Below are positions 35,741-49,500 of a stretch of 64,000 nucleotides of DNA, one piece after another; the stretch's first letter is position 1, and every line of letters begins with the position of its first letter. Below the pieces are notes generated by a model, which had not been told where the DNA came from, made no database searches, and saw nothing but the letters and a program-made list of their open reading frames with translations. The DNA lies in contig OZ218952.1 in NCBI GenBank assembly GCA_965112735.1, forward strand, positions 5,580,001 through 5,644,000. The letters run 5' to 3'. The DNA comes from Phaeosaccion multiseriatum (Eukaryota; Protista; Ochrophyta, other classes). Made by a program: the position numbers and the translations under genes.

Positions 35741-38700
35741 TGGTGGTACAGCAGCAACAGGCTCGGAGTGAGGTGCGTGTGAGAAGGGAGGAGGGAGGCG
35801 CCATGGCAGGGAGAAGGTGATACGGCGGGGGGGAAGGGAAGGGAAGGGAAGGGAAGGAAGCGCCCGCCCCTTAGTCCGTCTGTCAGTCCCACAACGAGCA
35901 CAGCAAGCAAGCCTCCCTCCCTCCCCCTCCCTAACTCTCTCTCTCTCCATCCCTTTCTCCCCCCCTCCCCTTTTGTACCACCAACCGCTGCAGGACGCTT
36001 CCTCCTCCTCCTTCCTCCGCCGAGCCTGTCGTGAGGGTGCCATACATCAAACCTTCGTGTCAAACATGTCGCGCCTCAGCTCCTCCGTCTCGAACCTCGT
36101 CACCCCCCTTCGAAGCCTTGCCCACGCCGACATGCAGCTGGCTGACGGCTTGCTGCTGCAGCTGCTGCCCCTCGCCTGGGCGACTTTCGGAGAGGCGGAT
36201 CGCAATGTGTTTGTGCCGGAGCTGGTGACGCTGCTGGCGAGGCCCTATCATAGGCAGTCCCTGCATCTTCCCCAGCAGCTGCAGCAGGTATGAGAGAGAG
36301 AGAGTGTGTGTATGTGTGTGCGTGTGTGCGTGTGTGCGTGTGTATATATGTGTGTATATGTGTGTATGTATTTACAGTTAAGTCAAGCGAGGGCATCTCG
36401 TCTCCCCGTATGCAGGCTCGGGCCATGACAGCACAATGCTCAAAGTCCTCCCCCATCCACTGCCATCCACCATCCTCTGCCATCCCCCCATCCTCTGCCA
36501 TCCCCCCTTCCACTGCCATCCCCCCAACCTCTATCCAATGCCACCCCCCATCCATGCACTGCCATCCCCCATCCACCCCCATCCCCCATCCACTGCCAAC
36601 CCCTATCCACTGCCATCCACCATCCACTGCCATCCCCCCGCCCCGCCAGCAGCCGCACCATGTCAACGTGGTGCAGTCGCTGCTGCGCTGTGTGGAGGCA
36701 CTACGGCCCCTCCCGGTGCTGCCCCTCGACCTCATGGGGGCCCTTGCCGTCAATTACAACGCCTGGCACGACGTGTTGCCAATCATGGAGCGCCAGGTAT
36801 GTATGTATGTATGTATGTATGTATGTATGTATGTATGTATGTATGTATGTATGTATGTAGGTACATAGGGGTATGTGTGTATGTATGTATGTATGTGGGT
36901 ACATAAGGGTATGTATGTGGGTATGTAAGGGTATGCAAGGGGAAACATGCCCACACACAGGCGCACGCACACACACACAACGCACACACACACACACACA
37001 CGCACTGCTCCTTTCTCCCCAAAGGTCCTGACGCTAACCCTGCGCGTCCGCCACTTAAGGCGCGGGGTGAGGGGGGGGGGCTCTACGTATCCCCATTCTT
37101 ATTCCGATTCCGATTCTGATTTTCGATTCTGATTCCGATGGCGATTGCTGTGCCCCTCTGTCTGCAGGTCCTGCGCGCAGCTCCCGAGGACCGCTCTGTG
37201 TACGTGCGCATGTTGGTGCTCATGTACAAACACATCGGAGAGGTGAGGGGAGGGGAGAGGCGACTCGTAGAGAAGATGGCAGTGGATGGGGGACGGGGGT
37301 GGGGGGTTGTGCCCTCATAAGTGTGAGGGCGAGAAGAAAGAGTGAATGCGCGAGATGAGGCAGGCAGAGTCATGAGATTGTATGGTACGGCTACTTGGCT
37401 GAATGTTGCTTTTTTGCCTTGGTGGTTGGTTCGTGGTGTCATTCATGTCACTCTCTCTCTCACTCACTCACTCCCTCACTCACGCACCCACTACCTCTCG
37501 CACCCACTCACTCACTCACTCACTCCCTCACACCCTCCCCCCCCCTCCCCTCCCCCCATTCCTCTCTCCCTCCCTCGCTCTCCTTCAACACCCCACAGGA
37601 GGACATTTGCTCGGGTCTGCGGCGGCGCTTCGCAGTGCACAGCGACACTAAATTGGGACTCTCTCTAGAGACCTTCGGCTTCGTACAGGAGGTGAGGGAT
37701 GGCAGTGGATGGGGGATGGATGGATGGCAGTGGATGGGGGTGGCTGGGACAGCGCTCCAGGTGCAAGACTTACCAGACAGAGACAAATGCAGACTGCATC
37801 TACTGCCGTCGATACCATGCCAGCCTTGACTGACTTAATGACTTACTGACTCACCACCTACTCTCATCGGGTCTTGTTGCGCCAACTGTGATGAACGATG
37901 CGATGCATCATCCGCAGGCCCAACAGGTGTACCTGGAGGCCATTCGGAAGGAGGATGGGCTCAACTCCGGCGTCGTCAGTGGGGGCGTCAGTGGGGGTGG
38001 CGGAGTGGGAGACCTCGGGACCGACGTGTCCATGATTGAGCTTGAAGTGTGGGAGGAGAGGTGAGTGAGGCGTGGGAGAGGTGTGAAAGAGGGAGAGGAG
38101 AGAGAGAGTGAGAGAGGGGGGAGGGCTGGAGGCGTGGGAGGAGAGGTCTTTATTGACTTAATAGGAATCACCTAAGAAACTGAAAGTGTGAAAGTGTGTG
38201 TGTGTGTGTGGGAGGAGAGGTGTAGGTGTGTGAGAGTGGGAGAGGGAGAGAGAGGGGGGGGGGGTGGAATAGTGGAGGTGTGAAGGAGAGAAGATGAGAG
38301 AGAAAGAGCGTGTATTCCGCCTGCCCACCACTCCACTCGGATAGAGGCCCGAGTACCGTGACTGTATCACCAACTCGTGCATCACGTCCTGCTGTATGAC
38401 CAATTGCTGCTGTGTCGCCAACTGCTACTCTGTATGACCAACAGGTGGATCGAGTGTGCCAAGCAGTTGAGCCAATGGTCCGTGCTTGAGGACTTCTCCA
38501 GCACGCTGCAGGTGCGTGTGTGCGTGTGTGTGTTTGTGCGTCTGTGCGTGCGTGGGTGGGTGGGTGGGTGCAAATGGGGCGGGCAAAAGGGTTACAGGAG
38601 GAGAAGGAGGGGGGAGGAGGAGGGTTTCTCCTGTGTGTTTTTCTCACGCACCCGCTCCCTCCCTCCATCCATCCATCCATCCACCCATCCATCCATCCAC

Positions 38701-41700
38701 CCATCCATCCATCCACTGCCATCCATCCATCCATCCATCCATCCACTGCCATCCCTCCTTTTCTTTTATGTCGATGGCAGTACCCCACGCTGCTGCTTGA
38801 GTCTGCGTGGAAGAGTCACGACTGGGAAACCATCCGAGGCGCCATGCAATCCTCCACCATGACTGCCGCCAATGCGCAAGGAAGGTGAGAGAAAGAGACG
38901 AGCCTATATAACCAACTCTTGTACTAATAGCAGCAGGAGAAGCCCAACTCTAAGCAGCACCACACCCCAAGTTGCAAAGGCTAAGCAACCCAAAAGCAAG
39001 AACCCAACCAGTCGAACCAGTTTCCTCTTGTCCTCTTGTCCTCTCCTCTGACCCTCTGCTGCCATCCCCTGCCATCCCCCCCACCCCCCCCTCTCTCTCT
39101 AGGCCGGAGTTCAAGCTGTACGAAATCTACCTGACCATCATGGAGAACAAGCTCGGGGAGGTAGAGCGCCTCTGCACTCAATGCGTGCAGGTGCGTACGT
39201 AAGGGGGATGGCAGTGGATGTACAGGGATGGCAGTGGATGGGGGGGGGGGGGGGGGGTGGAAGACATACATGCCGATTGATTTGTTTGGTGCTGCTCGAG
39301 TAGGCTCCTCTCCTCACCCCCTTGGCCCCTCTCCCTCTCCCTCTCCCTCTCCCCCTCCCCATCCACTACCATCCCCCACCCCTTGCCCCAACAACACCAC
39401 CAACAGCTGAGCCTACACAAGTGGCAGCTGCTGCCCCGCATGCACACGGCCTTGCGAGCGCACACCCCCCTGCTGCACCTGTTTCACCAACTCGTGGAGC
39501 TGAGGGAGGCAGGGCAGGTCATGATGGAGGTGAGTAGGCGGTCTGCCCCGCGCGCCATGTGCATGTCTGTCGATCGCGCTGCCCCCTCCCCCTCTCCCTT
39601 CCCCACCTCTCTCACTCTGCCTTACCCCATCCACTGCCATCCCCCATGACATGAACCTGACGGCCTGATGGCAACACATATTGGCAACACAGGTGGTGAC
39701 TTCCTCTCGCCAACACTCCCTGCCCGACTTCAAGACTGTGCTGGGCACGTGGAGGGAGCGCCTGCCCAACAAATGGGAGCCCATTCAGATGTGGGACGAC
39801 ATCTTCTGCTGGCGCAACGAGGTAGGGTAGGAGAGGGGAGGCTGGAGTCTGTAACAAGTAGCTCCATCCTGCTGCTGCTGCTATGAGTCGATCACTTTCC
39901 AGTGTCACTCTCCAGTTTGTATATATATGAGTACACAGTTCCCATCCACTGCCATCCATCCACTAACTCCTTTCCTTCCTTCCTTCCTTCCTTCCTTACA
40001 ATCTTGTAACAGGTGTTTGGAGCCATCACAAGCACCTTCAGCTGGGGAGATCCCGGCAGCCTCGCCTGTCTGCACGACAAGCCTTGGACCGTCATCAAGC
40101 TGGCGCACACCGCCAGGAAGCAGGTGTGAGGCTGTATGTTGACTTATGTGGGGCTGTATGGTGACTGGTGTGATGCGGTGTCGGTGTTCGTGTGTCTTTT
40201 CTGGCGACGTCTCTGCCTGTGTGTGTGTCTCTCTCTCCTCCTGTCTGCCACTCTTGCTTTTTTCCTTACTATCTTGTCTCTGTGCGGGTGATGTGAGACA
40301 CCACTATATGCATTGCTACCCCGCCCTTCTCCCTCGCCCACACCCTCTCCCCTCCCACTCTCCTTGACCTCCTCTCCCTCACCGCCCCACCCACGCCCCT
40401 CCCTCTCACCTTCCCCCACTCTCCCTCGCCCTCCCTCCCCCTCCCCCGCTCTCCTCCGTCCCCTCCCTCCCTCCCGCCCTCCCTCCACGTACCCACCACC
40501 CCTATCTAACAGCAACTGTACGAGGTGTGTCTAAACAGCCTCAGCAAGCTCTACCGAGTCGCCACCATGGACGTGCACGACGCCTTTGAGAAGCTTCGAG
40601 AGCAGATCATACTCTGCCACTCCAACCCCGACGAGCACCGCGGCGGGCTCAACATTATCAACAACACCAACCTCGACTACTTTAACTCGCAGCAAAAGGC
40701 TGAGCTCTTCCGCCTCAAGGGCATGTTCTTGTGTATCCTAGGGGCCAAGCAGGACGCCAATCAGGCCTACAGTCACTCCATGCAGATCTGCAGCAACTAC
40801 GGCAAGGGCTGGTTCAGTTGGGCTAAGTACTGCGACTCCATCTTCGCAGAGCAGGAGAAGGTACGGCTAGTGTGCTTGGGTTGGTATATCACCAACTGTT
40901 GTAGTGTGTGGTGTGGTGTAGGCGCGGGTGTGGTTCGGTGTATCACCAACTGCTGTGGTATGTGTTTGCGTGGTTAACCTGTATGGAGGTAGACATCCAT
41001 AAAGGCAGGCTTTCTTCCATCCCCGAGTTTGCTTGAGCCCCTTGCCCAGCTGCTGCAACTTGCCCCCACCCCCACACACATCTTCTCACCCCATCCCTCC
41101 GTCTCCCTCCCTCCCTCCCTCCCTCCCTCCCCGTGTCTCTCTCCCCACATCCCCCCCTCTCTCTCTTACCTTCCTCTTTGCCCGATCATCCGCCATTCCA
41201 TCCTGCCATCTTCCCATCCTCCTTCCTTTATCATCCCACTACCCGACACTGCACTCCACTTACACCCATATACTCTGCTACACTACAACACCAACACTTC
41301 AACATCAATATCAACACTTCACTCTCTCTTCCCAAAAGGTGCACTGTGCCGCCCAAGCCATGGCGTGCTATCTGCAGGCCGTCAAGTACAAATGCGACGG
41401 AGCACGAGTCATGCTCGCCAGAGTGCTCTGGATGCTCAATCAGGACGATGAGAAGGGTACCCTCGGTCGCACACTGGAGACGTACGGCAAGGCCCTTCCC
41501 GAGTGGGTGTGGATCCCGTGGATACCACAGCTGCTCACGGCCCTCACCCGCCCCGAGGCGCTGCATGTCAAGGCTCCCCTGCGGCAGGTGGGTGGGGGTA
41601 TGTATGTGTGCGCGTGCGTGTACATGTAGTAGTGCTGTATACCCTACGGTCCGACATGTAGTAGCCCTCTCTCTCTCTCTCTCTTCGTTTCTTTCGATGT

Positions 41701-44700
41701 GAGAACATTGAACTGAAGTTACTCACTTCCACCCTCCCTCTCTCTGTACTTCTCCTCCATATACTACCTCCAACTCACAGGTGGCGTCGAAGTACCCACA
41801 GGCCCTCTACTACACCATGCGCGCTTTCCTCCTCGAGCGGCGCGAGCTGCCCACAGATTCCAAACAGTTCCAGGCACAGAGGGCCAAGATGGCGGCCACG
41901 GCAGCGCAGACCGCACAGGCCAAGGCCACCGCCGGACAAGTGGACGCCAACGCGAATGAGACGCTCCAGCAGGCCACGTACATACGCGCGCCCACCGGGG
42001 ACACCATCTACGCCCCTGTCGGCACGCCCCTCCCGGCGGTGATGCAGTTCAAGGGCGGGCAGGTGGTGCCTCCGGCGGCGGGTTCGGAGGAGGCGGCCAA
42101 GGGCGGGCCTTATATTGTAACGGCGGCCACCCACACAGAGGAGCTGGTGGCCAATTTGAGGCGGGCACACGCGGGGCTCGGAGCCGAGGTGGAGACGGTG
42201 TTGGAGGAGATTATCGTACAGTTTAGGCCGGAGCCGGAGGAGGAGCTCTTGTCGGCGGTGCACGCGCTGCTCATCAAGTGCTTTCAGCTCGTGCATCTTG
42301 GGGCCGGGGACCCAATTCCGGCCAGCCTCAAGAGTACGTTGGTACGTGTATGCAACAAGTTCTTCAACGCCTCCGCCAAGGCCAAGTCGCCCAAGCACAA
42401 GGCGTTTGTGGAGGCGTACAAGCCGGCCTTTGAGAAGGACTTCTTGCAGGACCCGGCAACTGTAGCACCAACTGCTGGCGCTGCTGGTGCTGCTCCTGCT
42501 GCGGCTGCTGCTGCTGCTGGTGCGGCAGTTGGTGATACGGCTGCAGCAGGAGGGGCGGCGGCAGCGGGTGATGCGGCAGCAGCAGAAACGCCAACACCCG
42601 AGGCAGCAGCAGCGGCGGCGTCATCCGATGCCTCCGCAGCACCCGCCACTCCTCCGCCAGCGTCTGCGGCAGTTGGTGATACGGGCGAGGCAGCAACCCC
42701 GGCGGCCACACCAACTGCCGGTGCCGGTGCCGGTGCCGCTGCTGGTACTCCAGCAGCTGTTGATCCAGCGCCAGCAGCCCCCAGCAGCCAGAGCGAGAGC
42801 CAGAGCGGGTGCATGACGGACCAGACCACCGTTCCAGAGGTCGTCCGACGCCTCAAGAAGTGGAAGCTCAAGTTGCAGAGCATTGTGCATAGCGGACCCC
42901 CTGAGGTGCCCATGGAGCTATGCTCTCCCTACCTGGCGCAGGTCAACTGTGAGTTGGAGACGTGGAACAGTTGTAATCAGGCCTCCATTGAGGTGCCTGG
43001 GCAGTACAGTGACTGCAGCACGGAGCCGCGGCCCGACTTGCACGCCAAGATTCAGCGCTTCCACTCGAGAGTGTCGGTGCTGCATCGCTACGGTTTCAGT
43101 CAGAGGCGGCTGTGTGTACTTGGCAGCGACGGAAGGAAGTACCACTTCTTGATTCAGTTTGCCATTCCGCACGTGACGCGGACGGACGAGAGGGTCATGC
43201 AGCTGCACGCCATGCTGAGGAGGTTCATTGACAAGGACAGAGGTACGTATGTGTATCACCAACATGTGTGTGTGTGTGTGTGTGCGTGTGTGTGTGTGTG
43301 TGGCCGGCCAGTGGAGAGGGAGGGGAATAGACAGCGGCACAGAGGGCTGGAGGCGTCAGCCGAAGTGGGGTGGTGGTCGGTGTCAGTCAGGGTATGTAGC
43401 AGTCAGCAGTAGCCAGTGTCAGGTTAGGAACAGGCGAACGCAGAGGTGTATGGGTAGAAAGACGTGTGTGGCCAATGGAGGGGGAGGGAAAGGGTCAGCG
43501 GCATTGGTCAAGGCAGTCAGTGTCAAGGGTTTGTTTCTTTCTCCGCCCCCATCTGTAAAGCCCACACACGCACACCCGCACACACACACACACCCCTACA
43601 CCCACCCACCCACCCACTCACCTATACACTCACACACACACGCACGCACACTCACACCCGCCCACCCGCCCACCCCCTCACCCACACCCACCCCCTCTTC
43701 CGCCTCCCCCCCCCACAGGTACCCGACGCCGCGACTTGTCAGTGTCCGTGCCGGTGATTGTGCCCATCACACCTCGCATGCGCCTAATGGAAGACTCAGC
43801 CACCTTCACCAGCCTAGGGGAGGCCTACGAGGCGGACAGGCATAGGCAGGGTAAGGACCCCGACCTGCCAATCATGCTCACGAGAGACAGGGTCAGCGAG
43901 GCGGTGCACAAGGCGAAGGGGCAAGGGAAGGAGGCGACCTTGCAAGTAGAGGCAGCGGCCAAGCGAGCTGTGTACAGGGACATTTGCGGGGAGGGGACGA
44001 CGGCGGTGGTGGGGGGGGGGGGAGGGGATGGCGGCTCGACGAAGACTTCGACGAGGACGACGGCGGACGACTACACGGTGCCCTTCGACATTTTGTCGCG
44101 CTTTGTATACGGCACGATGAAGGACTCGCAGTCGGTGTGGGCCTTCCGACGCACTTTTGCGGTTCAGCTTGCCGTGTCGAGTCTCCTGTGCCACGCCTTC
44201 ACATGCGGAGAGCGCTTCCCGCACAAGCTCATCTTCGACGAGGTTGGTTGGTTGGTTGGTTGGTTGGTTGTGGGTGGGTGGTTGGTAGGTTGGGTGGTTG
44301 TTAGGTTGGTAGGTCGATTGGTGGGAGGGGAAGGCAGAACAGAGTAGAGAGAAAACGAGAGCAACGGTGTGGAGAGAGGGAGAGAGAGGGAGAGCCTACG
44401 CCCAGCCACCCGCCATTGATTGATTCGATTCATTGATTCCCCTCCCTCCCTCGCTCCCTCCCCGTCACCCTCCCTTCCTTCCTCCCTCCCTCCCTCCCTC
44501 CCTCCCTTCCTCCCTCCCTCCCTCCCTCCCTCCCTCCCTCCCTCCCTCCCTCCCTTCCTCCCTCCCTTCCTTCCTCCCTCCCTCCCTCCCTCCCTCCCTC
44601 CCTCCCCCCCCCGTGTTCTCTACCCCCTACCCCCAAAACACCCGCGGCACAGGAAACTGCCCGTGTGGTGAGCAACGAGTTCCGCCCCGGTTACACGCAG

Positions 44701-45907
44701 CAAGGGCTGCTGGACCAGACGGAAGAGGTGCCCTTCCGCCTCACCCGCAACTTGAGCACGCTGCTGTCCCCCTTCCTGGTGGACGGAGTGATGGCTCCCT
44801 CCATGGCGGCCATGGCCAACGCACTCATGAGCCGCAAGGAGATGCTCAAACCCTACCTCAGTAAGTCAATGAATGAATGGTCTTTTGGCTTTCTTGGCAT
44901 TGGCCTTGTATTGACGCTCTCAGCCACGTGCTGGTGGCTTGGTTTTTGTTTGCTTGGGTTTGTTTGTTGTTTGCCATCAGCCACACGTTTGTTCACCTGT
45001 CCACCGCCGCCTTGTGCGAGGTGAAGCATCCAAACGAAGCAGGCATATCCTCCCCCTCACCCTCCCCCCCTCCCCCCCTGCCCTTCCTTGGTCCTTCTCA
45101 TCCATTGGCACTCCCTCCCCTCTCCTTCTCTAGCGCTGATGCTCCGCGACGATCTGCTCTCATGGCACGCGAGCAAGACCCCGCCCAGAAGCGAGCGGGA
45201 TCAGAGGAACATCGAGCGACAACTGCAGGTGCGTGCGTGTGTGAGTGTGTGTGAGTGAGCGAGTGTGCGTGTGTGCGTGTGTGTGTGTGCGTGTGTGTGT
45301 GTGTGCGTGTGTGTGTGTGTGTGTGTGCGTTGGCACTGGGGCAGAGCAGTGGGTAGTGGGCAGTATCAAGTATCATTGGTGGTGACCCCCCCCCCCTGGC
45401 ATGTTCGAAGGCTCGCCCACGTCAGCGGTTACATGTTTGCCCGTTCTACCCGTGTATGGGTTGCTCTAACCCAAGAGTGAGCGGCACCGCACCGCACGCC
45501 GTTTCACCCACCCACACTGCCTGTATTGTATAATGTATATGTATGAAGCGCCTCCCTCATCCTGTTCTCCTCCCCCCCCCCCCCTCCTTCTCTCCTTACC
45601 TACCTACCCACTTCGCCCCCTCCGTCCCTCCCTTCCTCCCCTCCTTCCCTCCGTCCCTCCCTCCCTCCCTCCCTCCCTCCCTCCCTCCCTCCCTTATGCT
45701 GATACCCTGCCCCCTAAACAGGAGCGCGTGAATCGCAACGTGTCCCGCGTGATGGAGCGGTTTCACAAGCTGACCCCCGTGCGAGGGCTGAAGGATGGCA
45801 GCGGACGGCCCCTGCCCGTGGACAACGAAGTGCACGCCCTGCTCGCCGCTGCGCAGAACGAGGCAAACCTCTCCAAGCTCAACCCCACGTGGCAGGCCTA
45901 CCTCTAG
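12118..45907 (+). CDS. TRRAP: Transformation/transcription domain-associated protein (TRRAP/Tra1), PIKK pseudokinase of SAGA/NuA4; about 60 exons
   Basis: N-terminus [11 protein letters not shown] and [28 protein letters not shown]; [13 protein letters not shown]; [16 protein letters not shown]; [16 protein letters not shown]; [11 protein letters not shown]...[17 protein letters not shown]-region [15 protein letters not shown] and WIPWIPQLL. Kinase-like domain with GERFPHK/NEF in place of DRH/DF and [27 protein letters not shown]. Confidence 0.97.
25317..25366. repeat. 17-bp tandem repeat x3 (atcagtacctggtgtta) in TRRAP intron
   Basis: Direct observation. Confidence 0.85.
36450..36635. repeat. 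Degenerate array of the CCATCCACTGCCATCC motif upstream of an acceptor
   Basis: Direct observation. Confidence 0.85.
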
Positions 45908-46301
45908 CTTGTAGCTTAGCTAGGTGTGGGGTGGGCTGGTTATGGATGGCAATCAATGGATGGCTCTTCATGGGCAGAGTTGGTTGGGCTGTTCATGGGG
46001 ATGTAAGTGCCCCAAGGGTTGCTCGCCCATGTTCTCTGGACCGCTCACTCTCTGTATGTAATTAGTACCGTTACGTAATAGTAAATAAAAAGGGGAAGAA
46101 AAGAAAAATTCGGGGGGGTTTGCTCTGCAATGGTGAGAAGAAGCTTCAACTTCGTTCACCCCCCTCGATCCAAGCAACGCGTCTGCACGAAAAGCAGCAG
46201 CTGTACCACCAACTGCTGCTGACCTTTCCGACGACGGTGGCATCCGACGACGGGCGTTTCGACTTTGATCCGAGTTTGCCGCCCTTCACTGTGTATTGCC
46301 G

Positions 46302-46359
46302 CCATGGATTAACAGTACGGATGAGAAGCACCATGGATTAACAGTATGGATGAGAAGCA
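46302..46359. repeat. 29-bp tandem duplication in the TRRAP-FAM227 intergenic region
   Basis: ccatggattaacagta(c/t)ggatgagaagca x2. Confidence 0.9.
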
Positions 46360-46507
46360 CCAGCAGCAGCAAGGCCTTACAGCCCTTCTGGCTTCATCCG
46401 TGTTTTTTTTTTCGGTGATGTGTTGATGCTTGCGGAGGAAGGAAGGAGCGTCGCTTTCGTCCCTGCTCTCCTAGCACTTTAGCAGTGGAGGAGAGGCAAC
46501 GAGCAGG

Positions 46508-49500
46508 ATGGGAGGAGACAGCGTCAGCACGTCTTCTTCTCTGACCTTCATCACCGCCTTAAAGCAGCCTCAGGGCGCATCAGCACCAGTCGAGGCAGCG
46601 GCGGCGGCGAGTGCAAGAGCAGGAAATGGAGGGACCACACCTGCTGGTGGGGGGAAGGCAGGGAATGCTGCAGTTGTAGGGCGGGAAGGTGGCTCGGCCT
46701 CGCTTTCTCCGGCATCGCCTTCTCCGGGGCGGCCGCAGAGAACCGTAGCAAGCGCCTCCCTCAGCGGTGCTTCCACTGTCGACAATTTCTCCGCAGAGCA
46801 TGCAAAGGTGCGCGGCAGAGGCGGAAGAAGCACAGGTCGAGAGGGGCGGGGGGCGTGGAGTAGGGGCGGCTCAAAGAGCGGTCGAAGCGCTGACGGTCTT
46901 GTGCCTTCTTTCTTTCTCCCCTCCCATTTGGCCTTTCCCTCTGCAGCTCTTGCTCCCTGCAATGCCCCCCCCCCTCCCCCCCATCCCCCCCCCCAAAGAT
47001 TAACGTCCACTTCTTTGCCCTCTTTCCCTTCTTCCCCTTCTTCTCCTCCCCCCGCCCACCTGGCCTAACGAAGGTGGAGAACCACCCCGAAAACACACAG
47101 TCGCTGCCCGCTAACGTCAAGTTCAAGTCGGTCATCGAGAAGGTACGGTGTGCGAGTGTGGAAGGTGTGCCTTGGGTGTGGAGAGTCTCCTACCTGTCAC
47201 TGCCATTGACATTCACTGATGACTGCCTCACAGTCACGAAGGTGCAATCTATCTGTCTGTCTGCTTGTCTCAAGACTCCGTTGCTGCTGGTGGTCTCCCT
47301 TCCGGACTCACTTTCCATGCGTGTTTTCCCATCTTCATCATATTATTCGCCGGGCCAGCGCCGAGTGGCCGAGAGGAGAGCTCCAGAGTCCGTGCAGCCA
47401 GAAAGAGCATACACCCTTTTGCTCCTCAAAGCCCCAAACCCTCTCTCGACTCACCTCACTCACTCCCCCACCTCACTCACCTCACTCACCCGGCCCAACC
47501 CGCCCAACCCGCCCGACGTCTCGAATGAATGTCCCCAATCAATGGCGACTCCCCTTCGAATGAATGTCCCCAATCAATGGCGACTCCCCTTCGAATGAAT
47601 GTCCCCAATCAATGGCGACTCCCCTTAGGTGGTACGAGATGCACCCTTCGCTATGGGTAAGTACAATCGCCTTTGGAGGGCCTTCCTCGGCACCGCGGTG
47701 TATCACAAGGTACGAGAGAGAGAGGGGGGGAGGGAGGGAGAGGGAGACAGAGAGGGAGAGGGAGAGGGAGAGGGAGAGGGAGAGGGAGAGGGAGAGGGAG
47801 AGGGAGAGGGAGAGGGAGAGGGAGAGGGAGAGGGAGAGGGAGAGGGAGAGAGAGGGAGAGGGAGAGGAGGGAGAGGGAGAGGGAGAGGGAGAGGGAGAGG
47901 GAGAGGGAGAGGGAGAGGGAGAGAGAGAGAGAGAGGGAGAGGGAGAGGGAGAGGGAGAGGGAGAGGGAGAGGGAGAGGGAGAGGGAGAGGGAGAGGGAGA
48001 GGGAGAGGGAGAGGGAGAGGGAGAGGGAGAGGGGGAGGGAGAGGGGAGAGGGAGAGGGAGAGGGAGAGGGAGAGGGAGAGGGAGAGGGAGAGGGAGAGGG
48101 AGAGGGAGAGGGAGAGGGAGAGGGGGAGGGAGAGGGAGAGGGGGAGGGAGAGGGAGAGGGAGAGGGAGAGGGAGAGGGAGAGGGAGAGGGAGAGGGAGAG
48201 GGAGAGGGAGAGGGAGAGGGAGAGAGGGAGAGGGAGAGGGAGAGAGAGGGAGAGGGAGAGGGAGAGGGAGAGGGAGAGGGAGAGGGAGAGGGAGAGGGAG
48301 AGGGAGAGGGAGAGGGAGAGGGAGAGGGAGAGGGAGAGGGGGAGGGGGAGGGAGAGGGAGGGGGGGAGGGAGGGGGAGGGGGGGATGGAGAGGGAGAGGG
48401 AGAGGAGAGGGAGAGGGAGAGGGAGAGGGAGAGGGAGAGGGAGAGGGAGAGGGAGAGGGAGGGAGAGGGAGAGGGAGAGGGAGACAAGAGAAGGGTGTGT
48501 ATGTAGCATTGGCAATAGCACTGGCACTCTGAGTAGTGGCATCACCGATGAGACAGATGACGTCAGCCGTTGGTGATGCGCGTGCACACAAGGGAGGAAG
48601 GGGAGCATGGCAGACGGACGGGTCTGACCTCTTACCTTCTTGTGTCGGAGCTACGATACCTACCCAGCCGGGGCTACCTACGCAGTCATAGCTACCTACC
48701 GATTGCTACCTACCGAGCCAAGAAAGTGCCCAGCGGGTTGCGGAGGCTTAGCTTGCTTGGGCCTTTGGGACCATACGCTCGCTCGCACGCTCCGATCTCA
48801 CCTGATGTACCTCCCCTCCCCTTCTCCCTCCCCTTCCTCTCCCTTTGTCCTCATGTGCCCCCCCCCCTCTTCCTCCCTCCCCTTCCTCTCCCTTCGTCCT
48901 GATGTGTCTCCCCACGCCTTTCTCCCTCCCCCTCCCTTTGTCCTGACACTGGCACCCCCCCCCTACCGCCCCCTCATGCCCCTCTCAGCTTTGCTCCGAC
49001 AGCTTCTGGTGGGTGGTGTCTCACAACGTGCAGCAGACGCCTTTCAACCCCTTGGAAAGCCCCCAGTACTCACGCATGGGCCAGAGCTACGCACAGCTCT
49101 TCAACAAGGTTTCCCCTCAATACAAGGTGAGTAAGTCAGTGAGGGTGAGCGATGGTGGCCGATGGTGAACGGTGTTGGTGAGGGGCTGTGGGGTGGGATG
49201 TGTGGACGTGCTCTACAGAAAGGTGGGAGGGAAATGAGGTTAGGAAGTACGGTGGGGGGCAGTTCGGTGGGGGGCAGTTCGGTGGGGCCGGCTTGCCCTC
49301 CGGGATGGGGAAGGAGGGAGGGAGGGAGGGAGAGAGGGAGGGAGAGAGGGAGGAAGGGAGGGAGGGAGGGAGGGAGGGAGACAGAGAGAGCGAGCGAGTG
49401 AGAGAGCGAGCGAGTGAGTGTGTGAGCGGCTAAGCATGAGTATCGCATCGGAAAAGCCGTGGCGGCTGTGGATGAACATCGACCGGGGGGGTTGTGGGAG

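Noticed and set aside
43719-45907. Active PIKK kinase (TOR/ATM/ATR)
   Set aside because: The catalytic DRH and DF motifs are replaced (GERFPHK, NEF), and the upstream exons are TRRAP-specific.
47521-47625. 35-bp and 38-bp (58089-58433) repeats as CRISPR arrays
   Set aside because: Head-to-tail units with no unique spacers, inside eukaryotic introns, and no cas genes.
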